Shown here in pieces: positions 17,601-25,749 of a stretch of DNA of 57,513 nt. The stretch covers positions 1 to 57,513 of the forward strand of contig JACPOT010000041.1 in the NCBI GenBank assembly GCA_016191385.1, read 5' to 3'. Every line of letters starts with the position of its first letter. Within the stretch, counting starts at the first letter, position 1. The DNA comes from Chloroflexota bacterium. GTDB taxonomy: Bacteria > Chloroflexota > Limnocylindria > P2-11E. The position numbers were made by a program, and so were the translations under genes. Below the pieces are notes generated by a model. It saw only the letters and a program-made list of their open reading frames with translations, was not told the DNA's origin and ran no database searches.

Positions 17601-17977
17601 TCGCCGCGTCGCTCGGCGCACGCTTCGGCCACGCGGACGTCATCGAGGCGATCGCGCGCGAGCGGCCGCGGGAGGGCGTCGAGGCCGCCATCCACGACGC
17701 GACGCTCGGGCTCGCGCGGGCGCTCGCAATGAGGGACCCACCCGCGTCCGCGGCGGCGCTCACCGCGCTCTACGACGCGTGGTCACAGGACGAAGTGGGC
17801 GCCTTACCGGAGCCGTTGCTCGTCATGGCGCGGATCCATGTGTCCCGCGGGTCGGCGCCGGAAGCGAGCTGGCTCGGCCCGCTCGGCCGCGCGAGGGCAT
17901 TCGCGGAACGCGCTGGCGCGACCTGGGCGCTCGCCGAGCTGGGGCGGATCGAGGCCGCTATCGCCGAGCGCCGCTAG
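14672..17977 (+). CDS. Class III nucleotidyl cyclase fused to a STAND/AAA_16 ATPase and TPR-like repeats, with no C-terminal HTH
   Basis: Cyclase core: AFLFSDLRGYTEF...VKTEGDSFYVVF...GLHAGE...GGAVNVAARL. Walker A is GEAGVGKS and Walker B is LLVVEDLHWADE. About 600 aa of helical-repeat region follows and ends ...AELGRIEAAIAERR without a LuxR-type helix-turn-helix. Confidence 0.85.
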   Translation: MPRAAPKPSPRTPATVTRAFLFSDLRGYTEFVETHGDGAASDLLRAYRSLVRTEVEKQSGAEVKTEGDSFYVVFESPKAALDCAVRIQRAAAEHAGRDTKAPLSIGIGLHAGETVPYDDQFVGGAVNVAARLASKAKAGEVVASDTLRGLVRTAVRYEMADRGPLKLKGVAERIRAYAVEWREDAPSVAGTAVPPIEMPLLSSTLIPTAGNAPGQIVCPVVVGRDAERARFAEHLELAAGGRGQTVIVAGEAGVGKSAFVREALAAAGLRGFRILYGATVESDRGLPYAPFVAAVRSGFRGIARDRLGRVLGQAAPDLAQLFPELGKAQRSEAASTAEHHRLSVAFLGLFTTFAREAPVLLVVEDLHWADEASLGLFHYLTRELRDARATLLGTYRSDEMHRRHPLLRVIAAMQRERIASEIALDRLDKEQVRSLILATFGRSDANIRVSDEFRDAIYARSEGNPFFTEELLKSLVESGDVFYRPETGWERKPIDQLRIPGSIREAVRERIDRLSADAQATVSAAAVIGLRAPFELLRAVRGITEAEAEAHLRELIEQQLVVELGGDDDEYGFRHALTKEVVYDDLLVRERKRLHREVADVLGGGPEAEPALVAHHLIAAGEPAAAVPRLLEAADRALQAYAPREAAAHYEKALEIGFPDGDLASVTERLAEAYHLYDWPLSRKAAEEAAGLYRERDDRRGESRMLRLASRTIWQLGEPDRALEVAKAALAVLDGIDETVEHGRAIAHLATHEMLAHHDAEAIAWADRAIGVGERCADDWTLANALITKGTSVGRTSRDEGRPIIRRGLDLAMVKGLAEVALRGFNNLVIISDAPESDRLIDEAAAYGARHGVQHPMIQHLRAWTEMFRGNWDGALAAAAEIPAGTTWARSAAALVGIIACGRKGPDRALETYEPVARAAADMKEAQAFAGPVLLAAMCCLLKGDDEEARLWMERYRERAVTDEGVARIPSYGPGWVAASLGARFGHADVIEAIARERPREGVEAAIHDATLGLARALAMRDPPASAAALTALYDAWSQDEVGALPEPLLVMARIHVSRGSAPEASWLGPLGRARAFAERAGATWALAELGRIEAAIAERR

Positions 17978-17987
17978 CCTCACAGCG

Positions 17988-18881
17988 ATGCCCGGCATCG
18001 TCGAGTGCGTACCCAATGTCAGCGAAGGCCGGCGGGGCGAGGTCATCGACCGCATCGCCGACGCCGTGCGCGCGACCGACGGCGTGCGGCTCCTCGATCG
18101 CACCAGCGACGTCGATCACAACCGCTCGGTCATCACGTTCGCCGGGCCCGCTGATGCCGTGGAGGCCGCCGCCCACGCTCTCGTGGCTGCCGCGTTCGCC
18201 GAGATCGATATGCGCACGCACCGTGGCGAGCACCCGCGGCTCGGCGCCGTCGATGTCGTGCCGTTCGTCCCGCTCGCCGGGACCACGATGGACGAGTGCG
18301 TCGCCATCGCGCATCACTTCGGCCGCGCGGTCGCCGAGCGCCACGATGTGCCCGTCTACTTCTACGCGCGCGCGGCCACGCGACCCGAGCGCACCCGCCT
18401 CCCCGACATCCGCAAGCCGCAATACGAAGGGCTCGCCGCCGCGATGGCCTCCACGCACGCGCCGGACGCCGGGCCCTCGCGGATCCACCCGGCCCACGGC
18501 GCGATGGTCACCGGCGCCCGCCCGCCGCTCATCGCCTTCAACATCGAGCTCGACACGACCGACGTCGCGCTCGCGAAGCGCATCGCGAAGGAGATCCGCG
18601 AGTCGTCGGGCGGCCTCCCCGCGGTGCAGGCGCTCGGGTTCGGGCTCACGGACCCGCCGCGCGCGCAGGTGTCGATGAACCTCCTCGACACGTCGGTCAC
18701 GTCGCTCGCGCGGGTGTGGCGCGAGGTGGAGGAGCGCGCGCGCGAGGCAGGGGTTCGGGTCCTCCGGGGCGAGCTCATCGGGCTCATGCCTCTTGACGCG
18801 TCGCTGCAGGTGACGGCGGACGCGCTGCGCCTCGAGGGCCTCGCGCGCGACCGGATCATCGAAGCGCACTTCCTGGAATGA
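17988..18881 (+). CDS. Glutamate formimidoyltransferase
   Basis: Starts at MPGIVECVPNVSEGRR, which is the family N-terminal signature. 297 aa. The upstream part of ORF 17838..18881 overlaps the cyclase gene and is discarded. Confidence 0.85.
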   Translation: MPGIVECVPNVSEGRRGEVIDRIADAVRATDGVRLLDRTSDVDHNRSVITFAGPADAVEAAAHALVAAAFAEIDMRTHRGEHPRLGAVDVVPFVPLAGTTMDECVAIAHHFGRAVAERHDVPVYFYARAATRPERTRLPDIRKPQYEGLAAAMASTHAPDAGPSRIHPAHGAMVTGARPPLIAFNIELDTTDVALAKRIAKEIRESSGGLPAVQALGFGLTDPPRAQVSMNLLDTSVTSLARVWREVEERAREAGVRVLRGELIGLMPLDASLQVTADALRLEGLARDRIIEAHFLE

Positions 18882-20149
18882 AGGAGGCCGACCTCGTCCT
18901 CCGCCGCGCGCGGCTCCTCACCCTCGCGCCGCTGGGGGAGGAGCGCCCGCGCGTGGGCCCCGCCGCGGATGACGTGGGTGCCGTGGACGACGGCTGGGTC
19001 GCGGCGCGCGATGGCGCCATCGTGGCGACCGGGCACGGCTCCGCGTGGGAGCGGCTCGAGCTCGAGAAGGGCGCGGTGGTCGATGACGTCGCGGGGCGCG
19101 TGGTCATGCCCGGGTTCGTGGACCCGCACACGCACCTCTGCTACGCGGGCGAGCGGTGGGACGAGTTCGGCGCGCGCCGCAGCGCCGGCGACTACCTCGC
19201 GATCCTCGAGCGCGGTGGCGGCATCCACGCCACCGTGCGCGCCACGCGCGGCGCCAGCGACGACCAGCTTCTCGCGCTGATGCGCGGCCGTCTCGATCGC
19301 GCCGTCGCTGCCGGGACGACCACGATCGAGGTGAAGAGCGGCTACGGCCTCGAGCCTGAGGAGGAGCTGCGCCACCTGCGGCTCATCGCGCGCCTTCGCG
19401 CCGAGGCGCTCATCGACGTCTCCGCGACGTACCTCGCCGCGCACGCGCTGCCGAAGCGCTTCGCCGCCGACCGCGCGGGGTTCCTCAAGGCCGCGACGGC
19501 GGCGCTCGGGGAGGTCGCGCGCGAGCACCTGGCCGAGGCCGTCGACGCGTTCGTCGAGAAGGGCGTCTTCGACGGTGACGAGATCGCGCCGCTCATGCGC
19601 GAGGCCGCGTCGCTCGGCCTCGCGGTCACGCTGCACGCCGACCAGATGAACGACCTCGGCGGCGCCGCGCTCGCCGCGCGCCTCGAGGCGCGATCGGCGG
19701 ATCACGTCGCGCGCGCGTCGGCCGACGGGCTGCGCGCCCTCGAGCGCAGCGGCACGGTGGCGGTGCTGCTGCCGGGGTCGTCGCTCTTCGTCGGCTACCC
19801 GCCGCCCGACGGCCGGCGCTTCGTGGCGCACCGCGTGCCCATCGCCATCGGCACCGACCACAACCCCGGCACCTCGCCGCTCGAGGGGATGCCCAGCGCC
19901 ATCGCGCTCGCCGTCACGCTGTGCGGCCTCACGCCGCGAGAGGCCATCGTGGCGGCCACGATCAACGCAGCCCACGCGCTGCGGCGCGGGAAGCGCGCCG
20001 GCGCACTCGTCGAGGGACGCCGCGCGGACATGATCGTCCTCGACACGGACGACGAGCGCGAGCTGGCATACCGGCTCGGGTCGCGCCTGGTCGTGTCGGT
20101 CTACGCCAACGGGGCACGCGTCTCGCACACCGGATCCATCATTGAGTGA
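18878..20149 (+). CDS. hutI: Imidazolonepropionase
   Basis: 423 aa. GFVDPHTHLCYAG...GGGIHATV...TTIEVKSGYGL...LHADQ...DHV...IGTDHNPG is the amidohydrolase HutI pattern. An ATGA overlap links it to the upstream gene. Confidence 0.9.
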   Translation: MKEADLVLRRARLLTLAPLGEERPRVGPAADDVGAVDDGWVAARDGAIVATGHGSAWERLELEKGAVVDDVAGRVVMPGFVDPHTHLCYAGERWDEFGARRSAGDYLAILERGGGIHATVRATRGASDDQLLALMRGRLDRAVAAGTTTIEVKSGYGLEPEEELRHLRLIARLRAEALIDVSATYLAAHALPKRFAADRAGFLKAATAALGEVAREHLAEAVDAFVEKGVFDGDEIAPLMREAASLGLAVTLHADQMNDLGGAALAARLEARSADHVARASADGLRALERSGTVAVLLPGSSLFVGYPPPDGRRFVAHRVPIAIGTDHNPGTSPLEGMPSAIALAVTLCGLTPREAIVAATINAAHALRRGKRAGALVEGRRADMIVLDTDDERELAYRLGSRLVVSVYANGARVSHTGSIIE

Positions 20150-20165
20150 TCAGAATGCCGCTCCG

Positions 20166-20687
20166 ATGAAGGATCGCATCGCGGTGTACCCCGGCACGTT
20201 CGACCCGCCCACGAACGGGCACCTCGACATCGTCGAGCGCGCGTCGAAGCTGTTCGACCGCGTCGTCGTGGGCGTGGGGACGAATCTCGCGAAGAAGACG
20301 TTCTTCAGCGATGCCGACCGCATCACGATGATGCGCGAGGCCTGCGCGTCGCTCGCGAACGTCGAGGTGCGCGGGTTCGATACGCTCACGGTCGAGTTCG
20401 CGCAGAGCGCGGGCGCCCGCTTCATCATCCGCGGGATCCGCGCGCTCTCGGACTTCGAGTTCGAATTCGAGATGGCCAACATGAACCGGCGCCTCGGCCC
20501 CGACGTCGAGATGGTCTTCCTCATGACGTCGCCGGAGTACCTGTACCTCTCGGCGTCGCGCGTGAAGGAGATCGCCGCGTTCGGCGCGAAGGTCGATGAC
20601 ATGGTCCCGCCCAACGTGGCCAAGCGGCTGCGCGCCGATGGGAAGAAGCGCGGGCTCCGCACCGGAGCGACGGAGCCGACGGACTGA
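20166..20687 (+). CDS. coaD: Phosphopantetheine adenylyltransferase
   Basis: MKDRIAVYPGTFDPPTNGHLDIVERA...ISASRVKEI-type signature. I use the ATG at 20166; the track starts at the TTG at 20142. Confidence 0.9.
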   Translation: MKDRIAVYPGTFDPPTNGHLDIVERASKLFDRVVVGVGTNLAKKTFFSDADRITMMREACASLANVEVRGFDTLTVEFAQSAGARFIIRGIRALSDFEFEFEMANMNRRLGPDVEMVFLMTSPEYLYLSASRVKEIAAFGAKVDDMVPPNVAKRLRADGKKRGLRTGATEPTD

Positions 20688-20689
20688 CC

Positions 20690-21463
20690 GTGTCCATCCT
20701 GCTCGCGGTCGACGTCGGCAACACCAACACCGTGCTCGGCGCGTACCGCGCGAACGCGCTGGTGCGGACGTGGCGCGCGTCCACGCAGGTGGACCGCACC
20801 GAGGACGAGCTCGCGGTCATGATCCAGGGCCTGCTCGCGCGCGAGGAGCTCGGGCTCGACGACGTCGACGCGATGGTCGTGGGGAGCGTCGTCCCGCCGC
20901 TGACGCTCGCGCTCACGCGGCTCGCCGAGCGTCACCTCGAGGGCCGCGCCCTCGTCGTCGGCCCGGGGATCAAGACCGGCGTGCGACTGCGGGTCGACAA
21001 CCCTTCCGAGGTCGGCGCCGATCGCATCGCCAACACGCTCGCGGCGCACCGCCGCTATGGCGGGCCGACGGTCGTGGTGGACTTCGGGACGTCCACGAAC
21101 TTCGACGTTGTGAGCGCCGAAGGCGACTTCATGGGCGGATCGTTCGCTCCCGGGCTCGAGATCTCGGCGGAGTCGCTCTTCGGGCGCGCCTCGCGCCTCT
21201 TCCGCGTTCCGCTCACGCCGCCGAAGGAAGCCATCGGCCGCAACACCGCCGACTGCCTGCGGTCAGGCATCGTCTTCGGCTACGTCGGCCTCGTCGAAGG
21301 TCTCCTGGTGCGCATCGTCGCGGAGCTCGGCGGGAAGGCGCGGGTCATCGCCACGGGCGGCCTCGCGTCCACCATCGCGCCACTCACCAAGGCCATCGAG
21401 CGCGTGGACGACGACCTCACCCTCGAGGGGCTGCGCCTGCTGTGGGAGCTGAACGAGAAATGA
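20690..21463 (+). CDS. coaX: Type III pantothenate kinase
   Basis: LLAVDVGNTNTVLG...GADRIANT...VVVDFGTSTNFD...GRNTADCLRSG is the CoaX signature. 257 aa. Confidence 0.9.
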   Translation: MSILLAVDVGNTNTVLGAYRANALVRTWRASTQVDRTEDELAVMIQGLLAREELGLDDVDAMVVGSVVPPLTLALTRLAERHLEGRALVVGPGIKTGVRLRVDNPSEVGADRIANTLAAHRRYGGPTVVVDFGTSTNFDVVSAEGDFMGGSFAPGLEISAESLFGRASRLFRVPLTPPKEAIGRNTADCLRSGIVFGYVGLVEGLLVRIVAELGGKARVIATGGLASTIAPLTKAIERVDDDLTLEGLRLLWELNEK

Positions 21464-22668
21464 GCCAGAGCGGGATCCTTCAGGGGAAGCTGGTGGTCCT
21501 CGGCGTGTCGGGGTCCATTGCCGCGTACAAGGCCGTCGAGCTCGCGCGCCGGCTCACGCAGGCGGGCGCTCAGGTGCAGGTGATCATGACCCGCTCGGCG
21601 ACGGAGTTCGTGCAGCCGCTCACGTTCCAGGCCCTGACGTACCGGCCGGTCGAGATCGAGATGTTCAGCGGGATCGACGACCGCGCGGCGGGCCATGTCT
21701 CGATGGGCATCCACGCGGACTGCATCGTCATCGCGCCCGCGACCGCGCACGTGGTCGCGCGTCTCGCGCATGGCTTCGCGGACGACCTGCTCGCGACGAC
21801 GGTCCTCGCCTCCAGTGCCCCGGTGATCGTCGCCCCGGCGATGGAGACGCACATGTGGCAGAACGCCGCGACGCAGGCCAACGTGGCGGCGCTGCGATCG
21901 CGCGGCGTGCGCGTCGTCGATCCCGAGGAGGGGGAGCTCGCCTCGGGGATGACCGGTCAGGGTCGCCTCGCTCCGACCGAGAAGATCGAAGAGGCCATCG
22001 TCGAGGCGCTGCGGACCCGGTCGCGGCTCCTCGCCGGCAAGCGGATCGTCGTCACCGCCGGTCCCACCCTCGAGCCCATCGATCCCGTCCGCGTGATCAC
22101 GAATCGCTCCAGCGGGAAGATGGGCTACGCGGTCGCGCTCGCCGCGCGCGAGGCCGGCGCCGACGTGACCCTCGTGACCGGACCGACCGCGCTCGCGGCG
22201 CCGGCGGGGGTGCGCCTCGTCCCCATCGAGACGGTGGATGAGCTGCGCGACGCGGTGCTGGCGTCGCTGCCTGACGCCGACGCCCTGGTGATGGCCGCGG
22301 CGGTCTCCGATTGGCGGAGCGCCGAGCCGAGCGCGTCGAAGCTCAAGAAGAAGGATGCCGGCGACGAGATGACGCTGCGTATGGTGCGCGCCCCCGACGT
22401 GCTCGCGGCCGTCGCATCCGCCCGCGGCCCGCGCACGCTCGTCATCGGGTTCAAGGCCGAGACGGGCGACCCCGTGGCGGAGGCGAGCCGCATGCTGCGT
22501 GAGAAGCGTCTCGACCTCGTCGTCGCGAACGACGTCTCACGCGACGTGTTCGGCTCCGACAGCGACGAGGTCACCTTCGTGAGCGCCGACGGCGCCGAGC
22601 CGCTCCCGCGCATGACGAAGACCGAGGTCGCCCGCCGCCTGGTCGAGAAGATCGCGGCCCGGCTCTAG
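21460..22668 (+). CDS. coaBC: Bifunctional phosphopantothenoylcysteine decarboxylase / phosphopantothenate-cysteine ligase
   Basis: Starts at MSQSGILQGKLVVLGVSGSIAAYK (flavoprotein domain). Later motifs are VTAGPTLEPIDPVRVITNRSSGKMG and AAAVSDW. An ATGA overlap links it to coaX. Confidence 0.9.
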   Translation: MSQSGILQGKLVVLGVSGSIAAYKAVELARRLTQAGAQVQVIMTRSATEFVQPLTFQALTYRPVEIEMFSGIDDRAAGHVSMGIHADCIVIAPATAHVVARLAHGFADDLLATTVLASSAPVIVAPAMETHMWQNAATQANVAALRSRGVRVVDPEEGELASGMTGQGRLAPTEKIEEAIVEALRTRSRLLAGKRIVVTAGPTLEPIDPVRVITNRSSGKMGYAVALAAREAGADVTLVTGPTALAAPAGVRLVPIETVDELRDAVLASLPDADALVMAAAVSDWRSAEPSASKLKKKDAGDEMTLRMVRAPDVLAAVASARGPRTLVIGFKAETGDPVAEASRMLREKRLDLVVANDVSRDVFGSDSDEVTFVSADGAEPLPRMTKTEVARRLVEKIAARL

Positions 22669-23594
22669 GCCTTCGGCAGAGCGTCGATCACGGCGCGCAG
22701 GTCGTCGCCCAGCCGCGCCGTGGCGGCGTCATCGAGGTCCCAGATCGCGAAATAGCGGCGGTCGGTATCCGCTTCGATCGCGTCGCGCGTCTTCTGCCCC
22801 TGCGGCGTGATGCGGATGCTGTCCCCGTCGCGCGCGAGGTCGCCCTTTTTCGCGAGCGCGTCGACGTTCCGCTCGACATCGGCGCGGTCCTGGCGTGGGG
22901 CAAGCGCCTTCTCGAGCGCATCGATCGAGCCGACCGCCGGCAGCTTCGTGTGCGAGATGTCTCCCGGGCCAGCCCACACGAAGGAGAGCACCTCGAACGT
23001 CGGCCCGTCGTACCCCGCTGCCTGCCATGCGGCGATGTGGCAGTCGTCGCGGAACCCCCACAGGATCTGGGAGGCGCGCGTGAGCGTGATCGCGTCGGAC
23101 GCGGGCTCGTCCGGACCAGGCGCCACGCGCTTCGCCTGAGCGGTGCGCACCGCGCTCGCGGGGACGCGCTCGGCGAGCGCCCATAGCGCTTTCGCAGCGC
23201 GCTTGGTGGGCTCGGCCGGGAACGGAAGTCCGCGGACGTGGTCCCGGATCCTGCGGCTCATGTCCGACGCGATCTCCAGTGCCCGCGGTGAGACGCGCCA
23301 GCCGTCGGCCGTGGCCGAGGCAAGGCCCGCGGCCACGATCTCGGTCCAGCCCTTCTCGAGGAGGGGACGCTTCACCGCGTACGGTGAGCGGAACACGTAG
23401 GTCGACCGCTTGACGACGTCGCCGTCGCGCAGGACGAGCACGTTGTTCACCTGGCCCAGGGCGTTCTCCGAGATGCCGAGCTCGGCCGCGCGCGCCTTGC
23501 TTTTGGGTCCGAAGGTCGCCAGCCGCCGGGTGAGGAACTCGGGGATCATGTCGACGACCTGCCGCTTCGTGAACGTGACGACCGCCACTTCCAT
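22665..23594 (-). CDS. Hypothetical protein, possibly two winged-helix-like halves
   Basis: C-terminal 309 aa of ORF 22665..23798, starting at MEVAVVTF. Composition is normal, and the C-terminal LAKKGDLARDGDSIRITPQGQKTRD resembles a MarR-type wing. The start is uncertain because GGAGG sits directly adjacent to the ATG. Confidence 0.5.
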   Translation of the reverse strand: MEVAVVTFTKRQVVDMIPEFLTRRLATFGPKSKARAAELGISENALGQVNNVLVLRDGDVVKRSTYVFRSPYAVKRPLLEKGWTEIVAAGLASATADGWRVSPRALEIASDMSRRIRDHVRGLPFPAEPTKRAAKALWALAERVPASAVRTAQAKRVAPGPDEPASDAITLTRASQILWGFRDDCHIAAWQAAGYDGPTFEVLSFVWAGPGDISHTKLPAVGSIDALEKALAPRQDRADVERNVDALAKKGDLARDGDSIRITPQGQKTRDAIEADTDRRYFAIWDLDDAATARLGDDLRAVIDALPKA

Positions 23595-23636
23595 CCTCCG
23601 CGCTCGGGATCGCGACGAGCCTAGTCTTCCGTTCGC

Positions 23637-24305
23637 ATGCCGGTCCAATGGCTGACCTTCGACTGTTATGGGACGCTCATCGATTGGGAGCGCGGCATCA
23701 CCGACGCGTTGCTGCCGCTGTTGCCACCGGGACTCGACCGGGTGAAGCTGGCCGAGCGCTACATCGAGGTCGAGGCGGAGGTCGAGAAGGGCGAGCACCT
23801 CCCGTATCGCGAGGTCCTCGACCGCGCCGGGCGCCGCCTATTAGAGGAGAAGGGCCGGCCGCTCGCGTCGGGCGCCACGTCACCGCTGCCGGCGTCGCTG
23901 CCGTCGTGGCCCGCGTTCCGCGAGGTCCCGGACGCGCTGCGGGAGCTGCGCCGGCGCGGGTACAAGATCGCGATCCTCTCGAACGTGGACCGCGACCTGC
24001 TCGCCGCGTCGATCCGGAATATCGGCGTGGAGCCCGACCTCGCCATCACCGCGGAGGACGTCAAGAGCTACAAGCCCGCGCGCGGCCACTGGCGCGAGTT
24101 CGAGAAGCGCACCGGAGCGAGCAAGGAGAACACGGTCCACGTCGCGGCCAGCCTCTACCACGACATCCGACCCACGACCTCATGGGGCTGGCGCAACGTG
24201 TGGATCGCGCGGCGCATCGAGCCGCTCCGCGGCGCGACGCCGACGCGGATCCTCCCCGACCTCATTGCTCTGCCCGCCACGATCGACGAGCTCGCGCGCA
24301 TTTGA
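23637..24305 (+). CDS. HAD-superfamily hydrolase, haloacid dehalogenase type II-like
   Basis: LTFDCYGTLIDWE (motif I), ILSNVD (motif II), KSYKP and HVAAS..HDI (motifs III/IV). Confidence 0.8.
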   Translation: MPVQWLTFDCYGTLIDWERGITDALLPLLPPGLDRVKLAERYIEVEAEVEKGEHLPYREVLDRAGRRLLEEKGRPLASGATSPLPASLPSWPAFREVPDALRELRRRGYKIAILSNVDRDLLAASIRNIGVEPDLAITAEDVKSYKPARGHWREFEKRTGASKENTVHVAASLYHDIRPTTSWGWRNVWIARRIEPLRGATPTRILPDLIALPATIDELARI

Positions 24306-25510
24306 AGCTCCCGCGGATAGCGGAGCCGCTCCGGCACCGCGACTTCCGCCTCCTGTGGATCGGTCAGACAGTCACGCTCCTTGGCACGAGCATCTCGAAC
24401 GTCGCGTTCCCGTTCCAGATCCTTCAGCTGGGCGGTTCTGCGGTCGAGCTCGGCACATTCATTTCCGTCTATGCGGTCTCCAGCGTCGTGTTCCTGCTCG
24501 TCGGCGGCGCAGTCGCCGATCGGCTCCCGCGCCGGACGCTGATCATCGTGACCGAGCTCGCGAGCGCCGCGATCATGGCGACCCTCGCCGTGCTTGGCTT
24601 CAGTGGCTCGATCCAGATCTGGCATCTGTATGTCGCGGTCGTGTACTTCGGCGCCGCGACCGCGTTCGCGGTCCCCGCACTCATGGCCCTCATCCCTGAG
24701 TTGATCCCCGAAGACATCCTCCTTCCCGGAAACGCACTACGAGGCCTCTCCCGTCATGCCGGTCGGGTCGCCGGTCCGGTGATCGGCGGGATCCTCGTCG
24801 GCCTGGCCAGCCCCGCAGCGGCGTTCGCGTTCGATGCCGCGACATTCGGGGCATCCGCGGTGGCTGTCGCGTTCACCCGCGCTCGCCCTCTTCCACCCCG
24901 CGCGCGAAGCTCGATGCTGGCCGACATCCGTGAGGGCCTCGGCTTCGTGTTCTCTGTCGAGTGGCTATGGGTCACGATCTTCGGCTTCGCCGCGATCAAT
25001 GCCGCCTTCATCGGGGCTTCGGCGGTCGGGCTGCCTCTCCTCGTGACGACCGTGATGCTCGCTGGTCCAGCGACGTACGGCACGATCACAGCAGCGATCG
25101 GAGCCGGCGAGATCCTCGGCTCGATCGTGATCGGTCAGATCCGCATACGCCGGAGCGGGCTCGCGATGTACCTGTTCGCCGTGGCTGGCGGGATCGCGGT
25201 CGCGGTCTACGGTCTCGTGCCGACCCTGACGGGCGCGTTGGTCGCGAGCGTGGGTAGCGGGTTCGCCTTCGTCGCGTTCGGGGTCCTTTGGGAGAGCGCA
25301 TTGCAGCGCCACGTTCCGCGCGCTCTCCTCGGCCGCGTCACGAGCGTGGACTGGTTCGGAGGAACGCTGCTCGCGCCGGTCGCCCCTCTCGGCGCGGCGC
25401 TGGTCGCCGAGTCATTCGGTCCCGCATCGCTGCTCGCGGGCGCTGGACTGGTGATGATGCTCCTCGCGGCGGCTGGTCTGGTCCTTCCGTCGATCCGCCG
25501 TCTCGAGTGA
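24302..25510 (+). CDS. MFS transporter (EntS/MFS_3-like)
   Basis: The TTG at 24302 overlaps the HAD gene stop. The protein reads FRLLWIGQTVTLLGTSI...GGAVADRLPRR, with about 12 hydrophobic segments. The upstream part of ORF 23648..25510 is Arg-rich shadow. Confidence 0.75.
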   Translation: MKLPRIAEPLRHRDFRLLWIGQTVTLLGTSISNVAFPFQILQLGGSAVELGTFISVYAVSSVVFLLVGGAVADRLPRRTLIIVTELASAAIMATLAVLGFSGSIQIWHLYVAVVYFGAATAFAVPALMALIPELIPEDILLPGNALRGLSRHAGRVAGPVIGGILVGLASPAAAFAFDAATFGASAVAVAFTRARPLPPRARSSMLADIREGLGFVFSVEWLWVTIFGFAAINAAFIGASAVGLPLLVTTVMLAGPATYGTITAAIGAGEILGSIVIGQIRIRRSGLAMYLFAVAGGIAVAVYGLVPTLTGALVASVGSGFAFVAFGVLWESALQRHVPRALLGRVTSVDWFGGTLLAPVAPLGAALVAESFGPASLLAGAGLVMMLLAAAGLVLPSIRRLE

Positions 25511-25544
25511 TCTCAGGCGTCGGGGCGGGAAGGACGGTGAGACC

Positions 25545-25712
25545 TCATGCGCTTCGGCGCCGCGCCTTCGGCGGCGGGGCCAGCACGATCTTCAAGCCGT
25601 CACGGACCACCTGGGACATCGAGACTCCGCGCTCCTTCGCCTTTGCGCGGAGGCGCTCTTTCATTTCCCTGGTCAACGTGATGCTCTTCTTCTCGATAGC
25701 CGCAGATGCTAT
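25545..25712 (-). CDS. Small ribbon-helix-helix (CopG/Arc-like) protein, start codon unresolved
   Basis: ...AIEKKSITLTREMKERLRAKAKERGVSMSQVVRDGLKIV is a beta-strand plus two helices typical of RHH. No ATG/GTG/TTG lies upstream of the predicted beta-strand in frame (candidates are ATA 25712, ATC 25697 and TTG 25676). The rest of ORF 25545..26159 is antisense to the next gene. Confidence 0.4.
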   Translation of the reverse strand: MASAAIEKKSITLTREMKERLRAKAKERGVSMSQVVRDGLKIVLAPPPKARRRSA

Positions 25713-25749
25713 TGCACGGCGCCACCATCGCTCATAGCCTCCGCCGCTA

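Noticed and set aside
14191-17977. Interpretation of the cyclase plus CNB pair as a Pycsar-type antiphage system.
   Set aside because: - Pycsar effectors couple the cNMP-binding domain to a membrane or TIR killing domain, whereas this CNB protein has no such domain.
- The cyclase carries the Lys (VKTEGD) usual for adenylate cyclases.
- The overall architecture matches housekeeping mycobacterial cyclase-STAND proteins.
- Surrounding genes are metabolic and show backbone GC.
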